Both the position numbers and the translations under genes were made by a program. The notes below the pieces were generated by a model, which searched no databases, was not told the origin of the DNA, and saw nothing but the letters and a program-made list of their open reading frames with translations. Positions 17,670-27,400 of a DNA stretch of 27,441 nt are shown here, piece by piece. Source of the DNA: Opitutales bacterium (GTDB lineage: Bacteria; Verrucomicrobiota; Verrucomicrobiia; Opitutales; UBA953); NCBI GenBank assembly GCA_040398005.1, contig JBBAUX010000005.1, positions 108,246-135,686 of the forward strand, in the 5' to 3' direction. Numbering within the stretch: position 1 is the first letter of the stretch; every line of letters begins with the position of its first letter.

Positions 17670-19709
17670 ATGTCGGAATCTCGCTTAAAGTTTAAATTAG
17701 AGGCCAAAGCCTCCGGCTCCAGAGCGCGAGCGGCGACATTCCATACCCTCCATAATGAGGTTAAAACTCCTCTGTTTATGCCCGTGGGCACGCAGGCGAC
17801 GGTTAAAGCACAAACCTTCGAAACATTACACGACTCGGGATCGCAAATTCTCTTAGCGAATACTTATCACTTATTACTGCGACCAGGTCCCGAGGTTTTT
17901 CAAAAGTTTGGTGGTATTCACTCCTTCATGAATTGGAGTAAATCGGTACTCACGGATTCGGGTGGCTACCAAATTTTTTCACTTCCGCATTCTCGTTCAA
18001 TCGGCGAAGACGGCGCGGAATTCAGAAGTTACGTGGATGGTAAAAAAATTCTGCTGAGTCCGGAAGTGAGTATCGCCACGCAAATGGCCATCGGCAGTGA
18101 TATTATGATGGTGCTGGATCAGTGCATTCCGTCGACCGCGGACAAGGCCACCGCAAAACGTGCTTTAGAAATTACCCAACGCTGGGCGGTGCGTAGTTTG
18201 AAAGCTCGCGGAGAATCTCTGCAGTCGATGTTCGGTATCGTACAAGGTGCGCTTTATCCCGAACTGCGAAAGCAAAGTGCGGATGGACTAACCCAATTAC
18301 CCTTCGATGGATTTGCGATTGGCGGTCTCGCCGTCGGCGAAGAAAAACAAGAACGCGAAGATACGTGTGAAATCGCCGCCGCACTTTTACCCGAAGATAA
18401 ACCACGCTATCTCATGGGCGTGGGAACGCCGCTCGATTTACTTGAGGCCGTGCATCGCGGGGTGGATATGTTTGACTGCATTATCCCCAATAAAGTCGCC
18501 CAATTTGGCACTGCTTTCACCTCCAAGGGCTTACTTCAATTACGTCGATCGGTTTACAAATTCTCGGAGGAGAAAATCGATGCCTCTTGTGCCTGTCCGG
18601 TCTGCCAAAAATATTCTCGTGGTTATTTACATCACCTAACCAAGACGCGTGAACCCTTAGGTTGGACGCTGCTCGGTCAGCACAACATCGCTTTTTATCA
18701 TCAGATGATGCGGGAGATTCGTCAGAGTATTTTAGAAGATAGATTTTTAGAGTACTACAATAGTCGTCGAACTATTCTTGCCGTTGAAGATGCGGAGAAT
18801 CCGGCCAGCCCTCCGAAGGTCGGCAAGGAACGTCGCCCACGCATACTCGGCGATTATACGGTGCATATCGCCCCCGCGGGCTTTGCGAGTATTAAGCAAG
18901 TATCATCGGGTGAAATCATGCATTCGCATACGCCTCCGATGGACGAAGCGAAATCACTTTACGTCGATCAAGCGGAGCTACTGAAGCACTTACGCTTACC
19001 TGAAGGAAAATCTGCACAGGATGTTTCTGAACTGATTATTTGGGATGTGGGACTCGGTGCAGCCACGAATGCGATGGCGGCGGTGCAGTGTTATGAGAAA
19101 CTCGCGAGTGAAGGTGAAGTGCGTCGAATGAAAATCATCAGCTTCGAAAATAATCTCGATGCGCTCCGTTTAGCCCTCACCCATAAATCTAAATTTGAGT
19201 ATCTTCGTCACAGTGCTCCCGATGCCATTCTAGCCCGTAAACATTGGGTATCTCGACAGTTCTCAGGCTTAAGCTGGGAATTACACGAAGGCGATTTTTG
19301 GGAAATGGCTCCAAAGGTTTCGGAAAAACCTGACATCATTTTCTACGATTTCTTTTCGCATAAGACCGATACGCATGGGTGGCATCCCGATGCGTTTAAA
19401 AAATTATTTGCGATGGTGAAATCAGATAAGTCGCTCGCTCTCTTTACCTACTCGGCTTCGACCGCAGTGCGGGCAAGTTTACTCGCGGCTGGTTTCAATG
19501 TGGCTGCAGGTGTGGCCACTGGCGTAAAAAGTGAAACCACCATTGCTTTAATCCATCCCGAGAAAGCGTTGAGCCGTTATGCTTTACTTGATCGTGAGTG
19601 GTTGAGTAAGTGGGAGCGGTCCAATGCGAAATTTCCTGCGATGCTTGCCGTGTCTGATCAGCCCAGTTTCGAGCAAGCAATTCGGAGTCATTCGCAGTTT
19701 AAATCGTAA
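17670..19709 (+). CDS. tgt: tRNA-guanine(34) transglycosylase fused to a C-terminal MnmC/MnmD-type SAM methyltransferase
   Basis: aa ~1-370: TPLFMPVGT, LANTYHL, DSGGYQ, LDQC, FGIVQG, GGLAVGE, PRYLMGVG, DMFDC, Zn site CACPVC...H. aa ~395-679: GEIMHS, WDVGLGAATN, IISFE, EGDF, DIIFYDFFS, TYSASTAVR..L..AGF.V, K.ETTIA. One uninterrupted frame. Confidence 0.92.
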   Translation: MSESRLKFKLEAKASGSRARAATFHTLHNEVKTPLFMPVGTQATVKAQTFETLHDSGSQILLANTYHLLLRPGPEVFQKFGGIHSFMNWSKSVLTDSGGYQIFSLPHSRSIGEDGAEFRSYVDGKKILLSPEVSIATQMAIGSDIMMVLDQCIPSTADKATAKRALEITQRWAVRSLKARGESLQSMFGIVQGALYPELRKQSADGLTQLPFDGFAIGGLAVGEEKQEREDTCEIAAALLPEDKPRYLMGVGTPLDLLEAVHRGVDMFDCIIPNKVAQFGTAFTSKGLLQLRRSVYKFSEEKIDASCACPVCQKYSRGYLHHLTKTREPLGWTLLGQHNIAFYHQMMREIRQSILEDRFLEYYNSRRTILAVEDAENPASPPKVGKERRPRILGDYTVHIAPAGFASIKQVSSGEIMHSHTPPMDEAKSLYVDQAELLKHLRLPEGKSAQDVSELIIWDVGLGAATNAMAAVQCYEKLASEGEVRRMKIISFENNLDALRLALTHKSKFEYLRHSAPDAILARKHWVSRQFSGLSWELHEGDFWEMAPKVSEKPDIIFYDFFSHKTDTHGWHPDAFKKLFAMVKSDKSLALFTYSASTAVRASLLAAGFNVAAGVATGVKSETTIALIHPEKALSRYALLDREWLSKWERSNAKFPAMLAVSDQPSFEQAIRSHSQFKS

Positions 19710-19777
19710 GCTCGAGTTGTCCGCACCTATAGTGTTAGGAAACTTGCTCTTAGGTTTAAATGACTTTGTTTAGTCCT

Positions 19778-20485
19778 ATGGCTAACACAGGTATTCGTCG
19801 ATCATCCGAGCGTGGTTTCATGGACTACGGTGCCGTGCAATCAAAACTCAGTTTTAGTTTTGGAGATTATTATGATCTCAAGCACATGGGATTTCGTACG
19901 CTGCGCGTGATTAATCAGGACGTCGTTGCAGCCGGTGCGGGCTTTCCAACGCATGGACACAAGGACATGGAAATTTTTAGTTATGTTTTAGAGGGGACCA
20001 TTGCGCATCGAGATAGTTTGGGGAATAATGCTGAATTAAAACCTGGGCAAATTCAAGTGATGAGTGCCGGTTCGGGGGTGAAGCATAGTGAGTTTAACCC
20101 TTCAAAATCAGAGGTCTTACGTTTCATTCAAGTTTGGATCATGCCTAAGGCGAATGGTTTAGCGCCGAGGTATTCCGAGTGGAAGCCGTCCGCCGAAATG
20201 CAGAGCGCGGCGAAGGTTTTAATTATTTCGGAAGATGGACGTGAGCAGTCTGCCAAAGTTTATCAGGATGTTTCGGTGTATCGATTGAAGTTGAGTGCGA
20301 AAGAAAAAATCGAACATGTATTGAAGCAGGGCAGAGGACTTTGGTTGCAGGTGATTTCTGGTACCGTGAATGTTGGACAAGATTCCTTACAAGCGGGCGA
20401 TGCATGGAGCACTGAGCAAGGTGGCAAATGGCAGTTTGAAGCCCTAGATGATTCGGTCGAAGCGCTACTTTTTGATTTAGCCTAA
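19778..20485 (+). CDS. Pirin-family bicupin (YhhW-like); start ATG 19778 or 19760
   Basis: FSFGDYYD..HMGFRTLRVINQD, GFPTHGHKDMEI, HRDSLGN, MSAGSGVKHSEFN, IQVWI, LLFDL. Confidence 0.94.
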   Translation: MANTGIRRSSERGFMDYGAVQSKLSFSFGDYYDLKHMGFRTLRVINQDVVAAGAGFPTHGHKDMEIFSYVLEGTIAHRDSLGNNAELKPGQIQVMSAGSGVKHSEFNPSKSEVLRFIQVWIMPKANGLAPRYSEWKPSAEMQSAAKVLIISEDGREQSAKVYQDVSVYRLKLSAKEKIEHVLKQGRGLWLQVISGTVNVGQDSLQAGDAWSTEQGGKWQFEALDDSVEALLFDLA

Positions 20486-20535
20486 ATTAATTTTAATCTT
20501 CCTCTCTCGTTTTTAGACACTAACCTTAGCGATGT

Positions 20536-21000
20536 ATGAAAACCCTATCCTCCATTGTCGCTACCCTACTTGGTTTGATGTTCGTGGTCTTTGGCCTGAA
20601 CTTCTTCCTTCAATTCATTGCGATTCCATCGCCGGCAGAGGGCACGCCCGCGGCAGCGTTTCTCGGTGCGATGATTGGCAGTGGCTATTTCAAGTTGGTA
20701 AAAGTTTTAGAAATTCTCGGGGGTGTTCTGCTTTTGTTACCACGTATACGTAATTGGGGCTTGGTGATTATCGGTGCGATTGTGGTGAACATTGCTAGTT
20801 TTCATTTATTCTTCTTCGGTGGCATCAAGGATCCGATTGTGATCTTCGCGATCGCTGCGGTACTCTTTCTTGCCTATGTTGGCCGTCGCGGTTTCTGCTG
20901 TCTGGCCTGTTGTGGTTCCGGTTGCTGCGCTAAGGACGGGGACAGCTGCTGCTCGACCTCGAGTGGTTCCTCTTCCTGCTGCTCCAGCGATAAGAAGTAA
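20536..21000 (+). CDS. DoxX-family membrane protein with Cys-rich C-terminal tail
   Basis: LLGLMFVVFGLNFF...GY..LVKVLEILGGVLLL...VNI..FH DoxX-like pattern. The tail has five CC pairs. Confidence 0.85.
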   Translation: MKTLSSIVATLLGLMFVVFGLNFFLQFIAIPSPAEGTPAAAFLGAMIGSGYFKLVKVLEILGGVLLLLPRIRNWGLVIIGAIVVNIASFHLFFFGGIKDPIVIFAIAAVLFLAYVGRRGFCCLACCGSGCCAKDGDSCCSTSSGSSSCCSSDKK

Positions 21001-21020
21001 TTTCGCTAAACTTTGACCCT

Positions 21021-21060
21021 AAAAAGGCCCGTTAGCCCTCGAAAGCTAACGGGCCTTTTT
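21021..21060 (+). terminator. Rho-independent terminator after pirin-doxX
   Basis: Perfect 16-bp inverted repeat AAAAAGGCCCGTTAGC-CCTCGAAA-GCTAACGGGCCTTTTT. Confidence 0.9.
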
Positions 21061-21402
21061 ATCGAATTACTTGATTTTAAGCTAATTTGAATCTTGGCGG
21101 CTTGCGAGTTGGCTGGCCTGACCCGTCTTCTTTGTCTAAAATTAGGCAATTATTTATTATAATTACGAGTATGAATTATAAAATTTATGTAAAAATAAGG
21201 CTTAAAATCGTTGTGCGGGCAGGGCGTTTTAGTTGATTTTACGAGAAATCCATTTTAGCCATTAAAATAAGGACAAAAATCACCATTTTACACTTTATTT
21301 AATCAGTGTTTTACCCCCCCTAAATTTTACACAAATTTTATCATTTCTCACTTGTGCACAAACATAAGATTGGTACATTTTGAACACCCCAAAAAAAGTT
21401 TT

Positions 21403-24400
21403 ATGAAAAACCCTCCCTCTAAGATTGTATCAAATTCACAACGCGTTCGTGCCAACGCGGTGTGGCTGATGAACGCCGCCTCACTCGCCATTGCGATCGG
21501 CGCCGCTAGTTCAAGCGACAACGTTTCTATTGTGACCAAGGCTAAGGCGGTAGCGTACACGTGGGGTGCTGGAGGCAGTGATTCTGGTATACAGACGACT
21601 GCTAATTGGTCTCCCAATGACGGATCCAACATGAATTGGTCGAGTTCCTCATCTGCTACAAACAACACTTTTCTATTCGGAACTGCGGGCACATCCAAAA
21701 TGACTGTGAGTGTCAAAAACAATGGTAATACGATTTTTGGCCAAGTTACTTTCGACGCAGTTGGCAATACGAATAGTGGTAGTGGTTGGGTCGTTAACGA
21801 TCCGGGAACAGGTGGAAGTTTCCAACTTGCAGGTAACACTCCTACTACCAGTACCGGCTCAACATTACTGAACAATTATACGGCAGGAAATTTAACATTT
21901 AATGTTCAGGTTATTCAATCAACATCTAACAATACATGGACAACAGTTGCTGGCGCCAACACGATTTTTAATAGGGCTGTGTATGCTACGAGTTCTAGTT
22001 CGGTGCGATATCTCACCTTGAATGGTGCTGGTAATTTTACTTTCAACAGTGGTATCAAGAATTCGTATATTACGAATAGTTCTCAAACTCTTACCACTAG
22101 TTCTACATTAACCATCTCTAACACTGGTACTACGACGATAACTGGTGCGATGGATCTTCGTGGTCAGGTCGAATTTAGGACCCTAGGTGGTACTGTGGTT
22201 CTAGACGGTGATAATTCTACTGTTGGTGCAAGTCTTACACGTGTCCCTGGAACGGATACTACTTATGCCTTCCGTTTTACTCAGGGTAATGTAAAACTTA
22301 ATAATGCTCTGGCTCTAGGCAATCAGGATTTAGTCCTCGGTAGAACTTCTGGAACGAGTTCATTCTTTGAACTAGGTGTTTATACAAATGCAGCAATCAC
22401 GGTAGCCAATAATTTCACATTAGGTGCATCTACTGGTTCAGTTTCTGTTCTTAATGGTTACACACTCGGCGGTAGTTCAGCGAACACTTCCATTTACTCG
22501 GGAACTGTTCTCTTAAATAAAGATGCTAGATTTACTCAGGTTACAGGTGGAACATTAACCTTTTCGAATGCGATAACTTCTAGCGGTTCAAGAAACCTTA
22601 CCTTGGATGGTGAAGGTAATATCAATATCACCAATTCAATTGGATCAGGTATTATTCCTATTGTCGGAAGCACTTCAACCTCATCGAACCGCGTCGTTAC
22701 CCTCTCTGGGTCGAATGCATTTACGACTGGTGTGACCATTAACTCAGGTGTCTTAGCCTTGGGTAGTTCTGGTGCCTTGAATTCAACAGTGGGTTCCGAA
22801 AACGCGATCACTTGGGGTGCAAGTACATCAAGCGGTACTTTAAGATTAAACGGAAACTCCGTTGTCGTTAAGTCCTTAACTACCAATGCAACAGCTGGTA
22901 CTCCTATCATTGAGAACGCAAATGCTACAGGTTCTATTTTAACAATCGGTAATTCGACCAATGCAGACAGCACCTTCGCAGGTGTCATGCGCGATGGTAC
23001 TGGTGCTGGCACTCTCGGTGTCAATAAAGTAGGTACAGGTATATTAACGCTTTCCGGTGCTAACACCTACACTGGTGCGACGACCATCAGCGCAGGTACT
23101 TTGGCTTTAACTGGATCTTTAACAGGTTCTGCAGTGACTGTCGGAGCTAGTGGTACTTTAAAAGGTACTGGTAGTACGAATGGTTCACTCAATATCAGCG
23201 GTACTGTTAACCCAGGTTCTGCTGGTGTGGGTACATTAACCACGGGAGCAACCGATTTAAAACAAGGTGGTACATTAAATATTCAATTCTTCAGTGGTTC
23301 AGGCACAGCCGGTTCCACCGGTTGGGACTTACTTTCTACTGGTGCTTTAACCACAACCGCGACCTCTGGAAATAAGTTTAACATTAACTTAGTTTCGATT
23401 ACCACATTGGGAGCAGACACCACGGGTGCTGCATCAGTGTTCAGTAACTCCTCCGACCAAACATTTGAAATTATTCGTGCAAGTTCTTTAGCGACCGCTT
23501 TTGACGCTTCACTCTTCAACTTATCTACCGTCGGATTCACTAATAGTTTAGGCGGCGGATCTTGGTCACTTACCAGTTCTAACAACAGCATCTATGCTAA
23601 TTTTGCTAAATTTGTTGCGGGTACCATTTCGTATTGGAGCGCTGGAACCTGGGGCGTTACAGCTTCCGGAACCGGTGGTGCTGGATCATGGGACAATGCT
23701 TCTGGATCTTGGGATGCAACAGGCGGTAAGACTGCCGTATTCGCTGGTTCTTCTGGCGATGCTGTAACCGTTGGTACAGTAACAGCGAAGAAGGGTATTA
23801 CCTTCTCCACCACTGGATACACTCTATCAAGCGGCTCCATTGCCTTAGCCGATACTTCTGGTCTCAACACTGTGACCGTAGACTCCGGTACAGCTACCAT
23901 TGCCTCGGCCTTAACGGGTTCTGGTGGTTTCACAAAAGCAGGTTTTGGTACCTTAACCTTATCGGGTGATAATAATTCTTTAAGTGGCGGAATGACGATC
24001 GGACTTGGTACTTTGAAAGTCGGTAGCGCTACCGCGTTAGGTGCAAGTGCAAGCAACGTTTCTATTACGAGTGGTGCAGTTCTCGACTTAAATGGAACAA
24101 CTTACACCAACGCTAACGCACTATCCATTGCTGGTACTGGTGCCGTAATCAACTCTAGCAACACTGCTGCAAGTTATAATGGTAACGTTACTCTCACAGC
24201 TACCTCTAGTATCGTTTCGACTGGTGCTATCACCCTGAGTGGTACAACCAATCTTAGTGGTTTCGGACTTACCCTGACAACAGGAGCTGGAGATATCACA
24301 TTATCGAATAACATCTCGGGTTCCGGTGCTTTAACCATTAGCCCAGCGGGTGCAGGTAATGTTACGCTTAGCGGCTCTTCGATCAACAATACGGGTGCCA

Positions 24401-27400
24401 TCTCCGTCAATTCAGTTACTGGTGGAGGTAATACTACTATCTCTGGTAACATCGGTAGTTCGGTCACTAACCTTGCATTAGGTACAGTTAATACCACTGG
24501 TTCTGATCGCACAATTACCTTGAGCGGTACAAATACTTACACCGGTACGACCACCATTAATGCTGGTACTGTTAAACTCGGAAGTCCATCTGCATTTAGT
24601 ACCAGCATCGTTACTGCTAACGGCTATGGTTCGGGTGTCGCAATCGATCTTAACGGACAAACTATTGCTAATACCCTAAAAGTTCGCGGCACTGGTATTA
24701 GTGCTACGTCTGGTGTTATCACTAACACATCTTCTACCGCTGCAAAGGTAACAGGAAACGTTGAATTTAACGGAGATTCTACAATCGTGGCTACCGCTGG
24801 TGATATTACCTTGGGTTTAACTAATCCTGACACAGGTGCTTTGATATCGGGTTCACTTAAAACAGCTAGTGCAACCAATAGAACAATCACTCTTGCTGGT
24901 ACTAGTTCAGGTGGTATTACCAATATTTACGTAAAAACTGGCGTACTTCAAACCAATGCTGTGGGATCGGGATACATTGCCTTAATCGTCGGTACCAGCG
25001 GTTCCGATAAAGTTAAAGTAACTCTAGACGGTACACAGGTACTTCAAACCAACGGAAATATTAAAATCCAGGGTGGTACGCTCGCGTTGGCTACATCCTC
25101 TACACTATCCTCTTCCGGTATGTCTTTGAATGCCGGTGGATCCTCGGCTGATAATAGTACTTTATTGCTTACAGCTGGTAACAATTACACCTTCGCTTCA
25201 CTTGGTAACGGAGGTAACTTAACCTTCGACACCACTGACTCTACAGGTAATGCAAGTATTACCTTCACGGCGGGTGGTAATGCTACTACCAATGTCTCCT
25301 ATGGACAAACTGGCAATGCTGCCTCCAAAATCTTCAGCGTAAATCGTGGCGTATCACTCATTGTGGGTTCCTCAGGATCATCCACATTCTTTGACTTAGC
25401 TGGTTCTAGCGCTGTTGCTGGTACTAACAGAACATTGAAATTGGATGGTGCTGGTACTTACACTTTCAATTCCGTTATTCGTGATACAAACGTCGTCGGC
25501 GTTACAGGCGGTATCAATAAAACCGGCGCAGGTAACGTAGTTTTAAATGCCGCCAATACATATACTGGTGGTACTATTGTTGGTGCTGGTACCCTGAAGG
25601 TTGGCAATGCAACCGCGCTGGGTGCGGATGCTTCCGCTGTTACAGTATCAGCGGGTGCTACCCTGGACTTAAATGGTACCACGATGACTGGCACTAATGC
25701 CCTTACCTTATCTGGTACAGCTACGAACGCTGGAGCATCTGCCGCAACCTATCACGGTTCACTGACCCTCGGTGCAAATACGGCCACATTGACTGCCGAC
25801 GCTAACAATCTCACATTTGATAGCAGTTCTGACGTCACTGGTGCCTTCACGTTAACACTTAATGGTGCTAGTAACGGTTCACTCTCGGGTGCATTAAAAA
25901 ATAGCACTGGTGGATTAAATAAATCCGGAGCCGGTAATTGGACAATAAGTGGAACCAACGCTACCTATACCGGTGTCACCAACATCACTGGTGGTACACT
26001 TACAATGGGTGCCAGCAACGTAATCGGTTCAGGCGATATTACCATCAACGGTGGTACCTTGGCTATCGGTGCGAACTCCGACACAGTGGGAGCCGTCACT
26101 CTAACGGACGGTACAATTTCGGGTTCATCCGGGGTTCTCACATCTTCAGCAGATTTAGCCGCTTCAGCCGGTACAATCAGTGCTAAAATCGGTGGTACTA
26201 AAGGTCTAACCAAGACAGGAAATGGATTACTGACACTTTCAGGTCTAAGTACAAACACGGGTGTTACGACCATCAACGGTGGTACAGTCTCCGTCTCTTC
26301 TATCGGCAATGGTGGTGTTGCTGGTAATCTTGGAGCAGCAAGCACTGGCAGTGCTAATATAATTATTGATGGTGGTACTTTAAAATACACGGGTGCTGGC
26401 GAAACATCCGATCGTAAAATCAAAGCTGGCACTGCATTGACGATTGATGCCTCAGGTACTGGTGCCCTAGTCCTTTCCAACGATCCATACAGCACAGTTA
26501 CTAAGCTCGGTGCATTCGTAAATACTAATACAAATTCTGTCTGGACGCTTACGGGTACTAATACCGATGACAATACTTATCACGCAAGATTGGTTGATAA
26601 CGGCACAGGTGTTACAAGTTTAGTTAAATCTGGCACTGGTACTTGGGTAATTACTGGGGACATCAGTGATTCCGCTACCGTTACCAATCCATTTACGGGT
26701 GGTACCACAATCAGTGGTGGTAAATTGAAAGCAACTACTGCGGATATTAGAGGTAACATTGTTAATAACAGCGTTTTTGAATTCACTAATGGTTCTGCTC
26801 TGCCTGGATCCTACACCAGTGTAATTTCTGGCAGTGGTTTACTGAATAAGAGCGGTGCAGGTGCGGTTACGCTCACCGGTGACAACACTTACACGGGTGT
26901 TACTAATATTAAATCTGGTTCACTCGTTCTCGGTTCTAATACCGGTAAGATTTCTGGATCATCCGCGATTAATGTTTTCAAGGATGCCACCCTGAAGTCG
27001 ACCAACACAACAGACTCAATTCTACAGGCCTCAGCGATCGTCTTAAACAGCGGTGCGATTGTTGATTTAACTGCTGGTAACTTAACTGCCACAAGTCTGA
27101 CGGTCAATGCCCTCAGCGGTGCTGATGTGACCAAGATCAACTTCGGTATTAATAAAGGTCTATCGCTTACTAATCTCACCTTAACGGGTAACCTCGCTGT
27201 TGATTTACTGGGTACTCCTTCTGGTATCGGTACTTACGATGTCTTAACCTGGAGTGGTACTAAATCAGGATCTGGAACGGTCAATCTCCTGACTACAAAT
27301 ACTTCCGATTGGGTTTACTCGCTTATCAGCTCTGAACCTGGCAAATACCAAATCAAAGTTGCTGTTGCATTCGTTAATGGTGGTGATCTCACGGGTGGAA

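Noticed and set aside
21348..27179. Series of minus-strand ORFs rich in Val/Pro/Ala
   Set aside because: Antisense shadows of the Gly/Thr/Asn-rich giant plus-strand gene, with no independent motifs.
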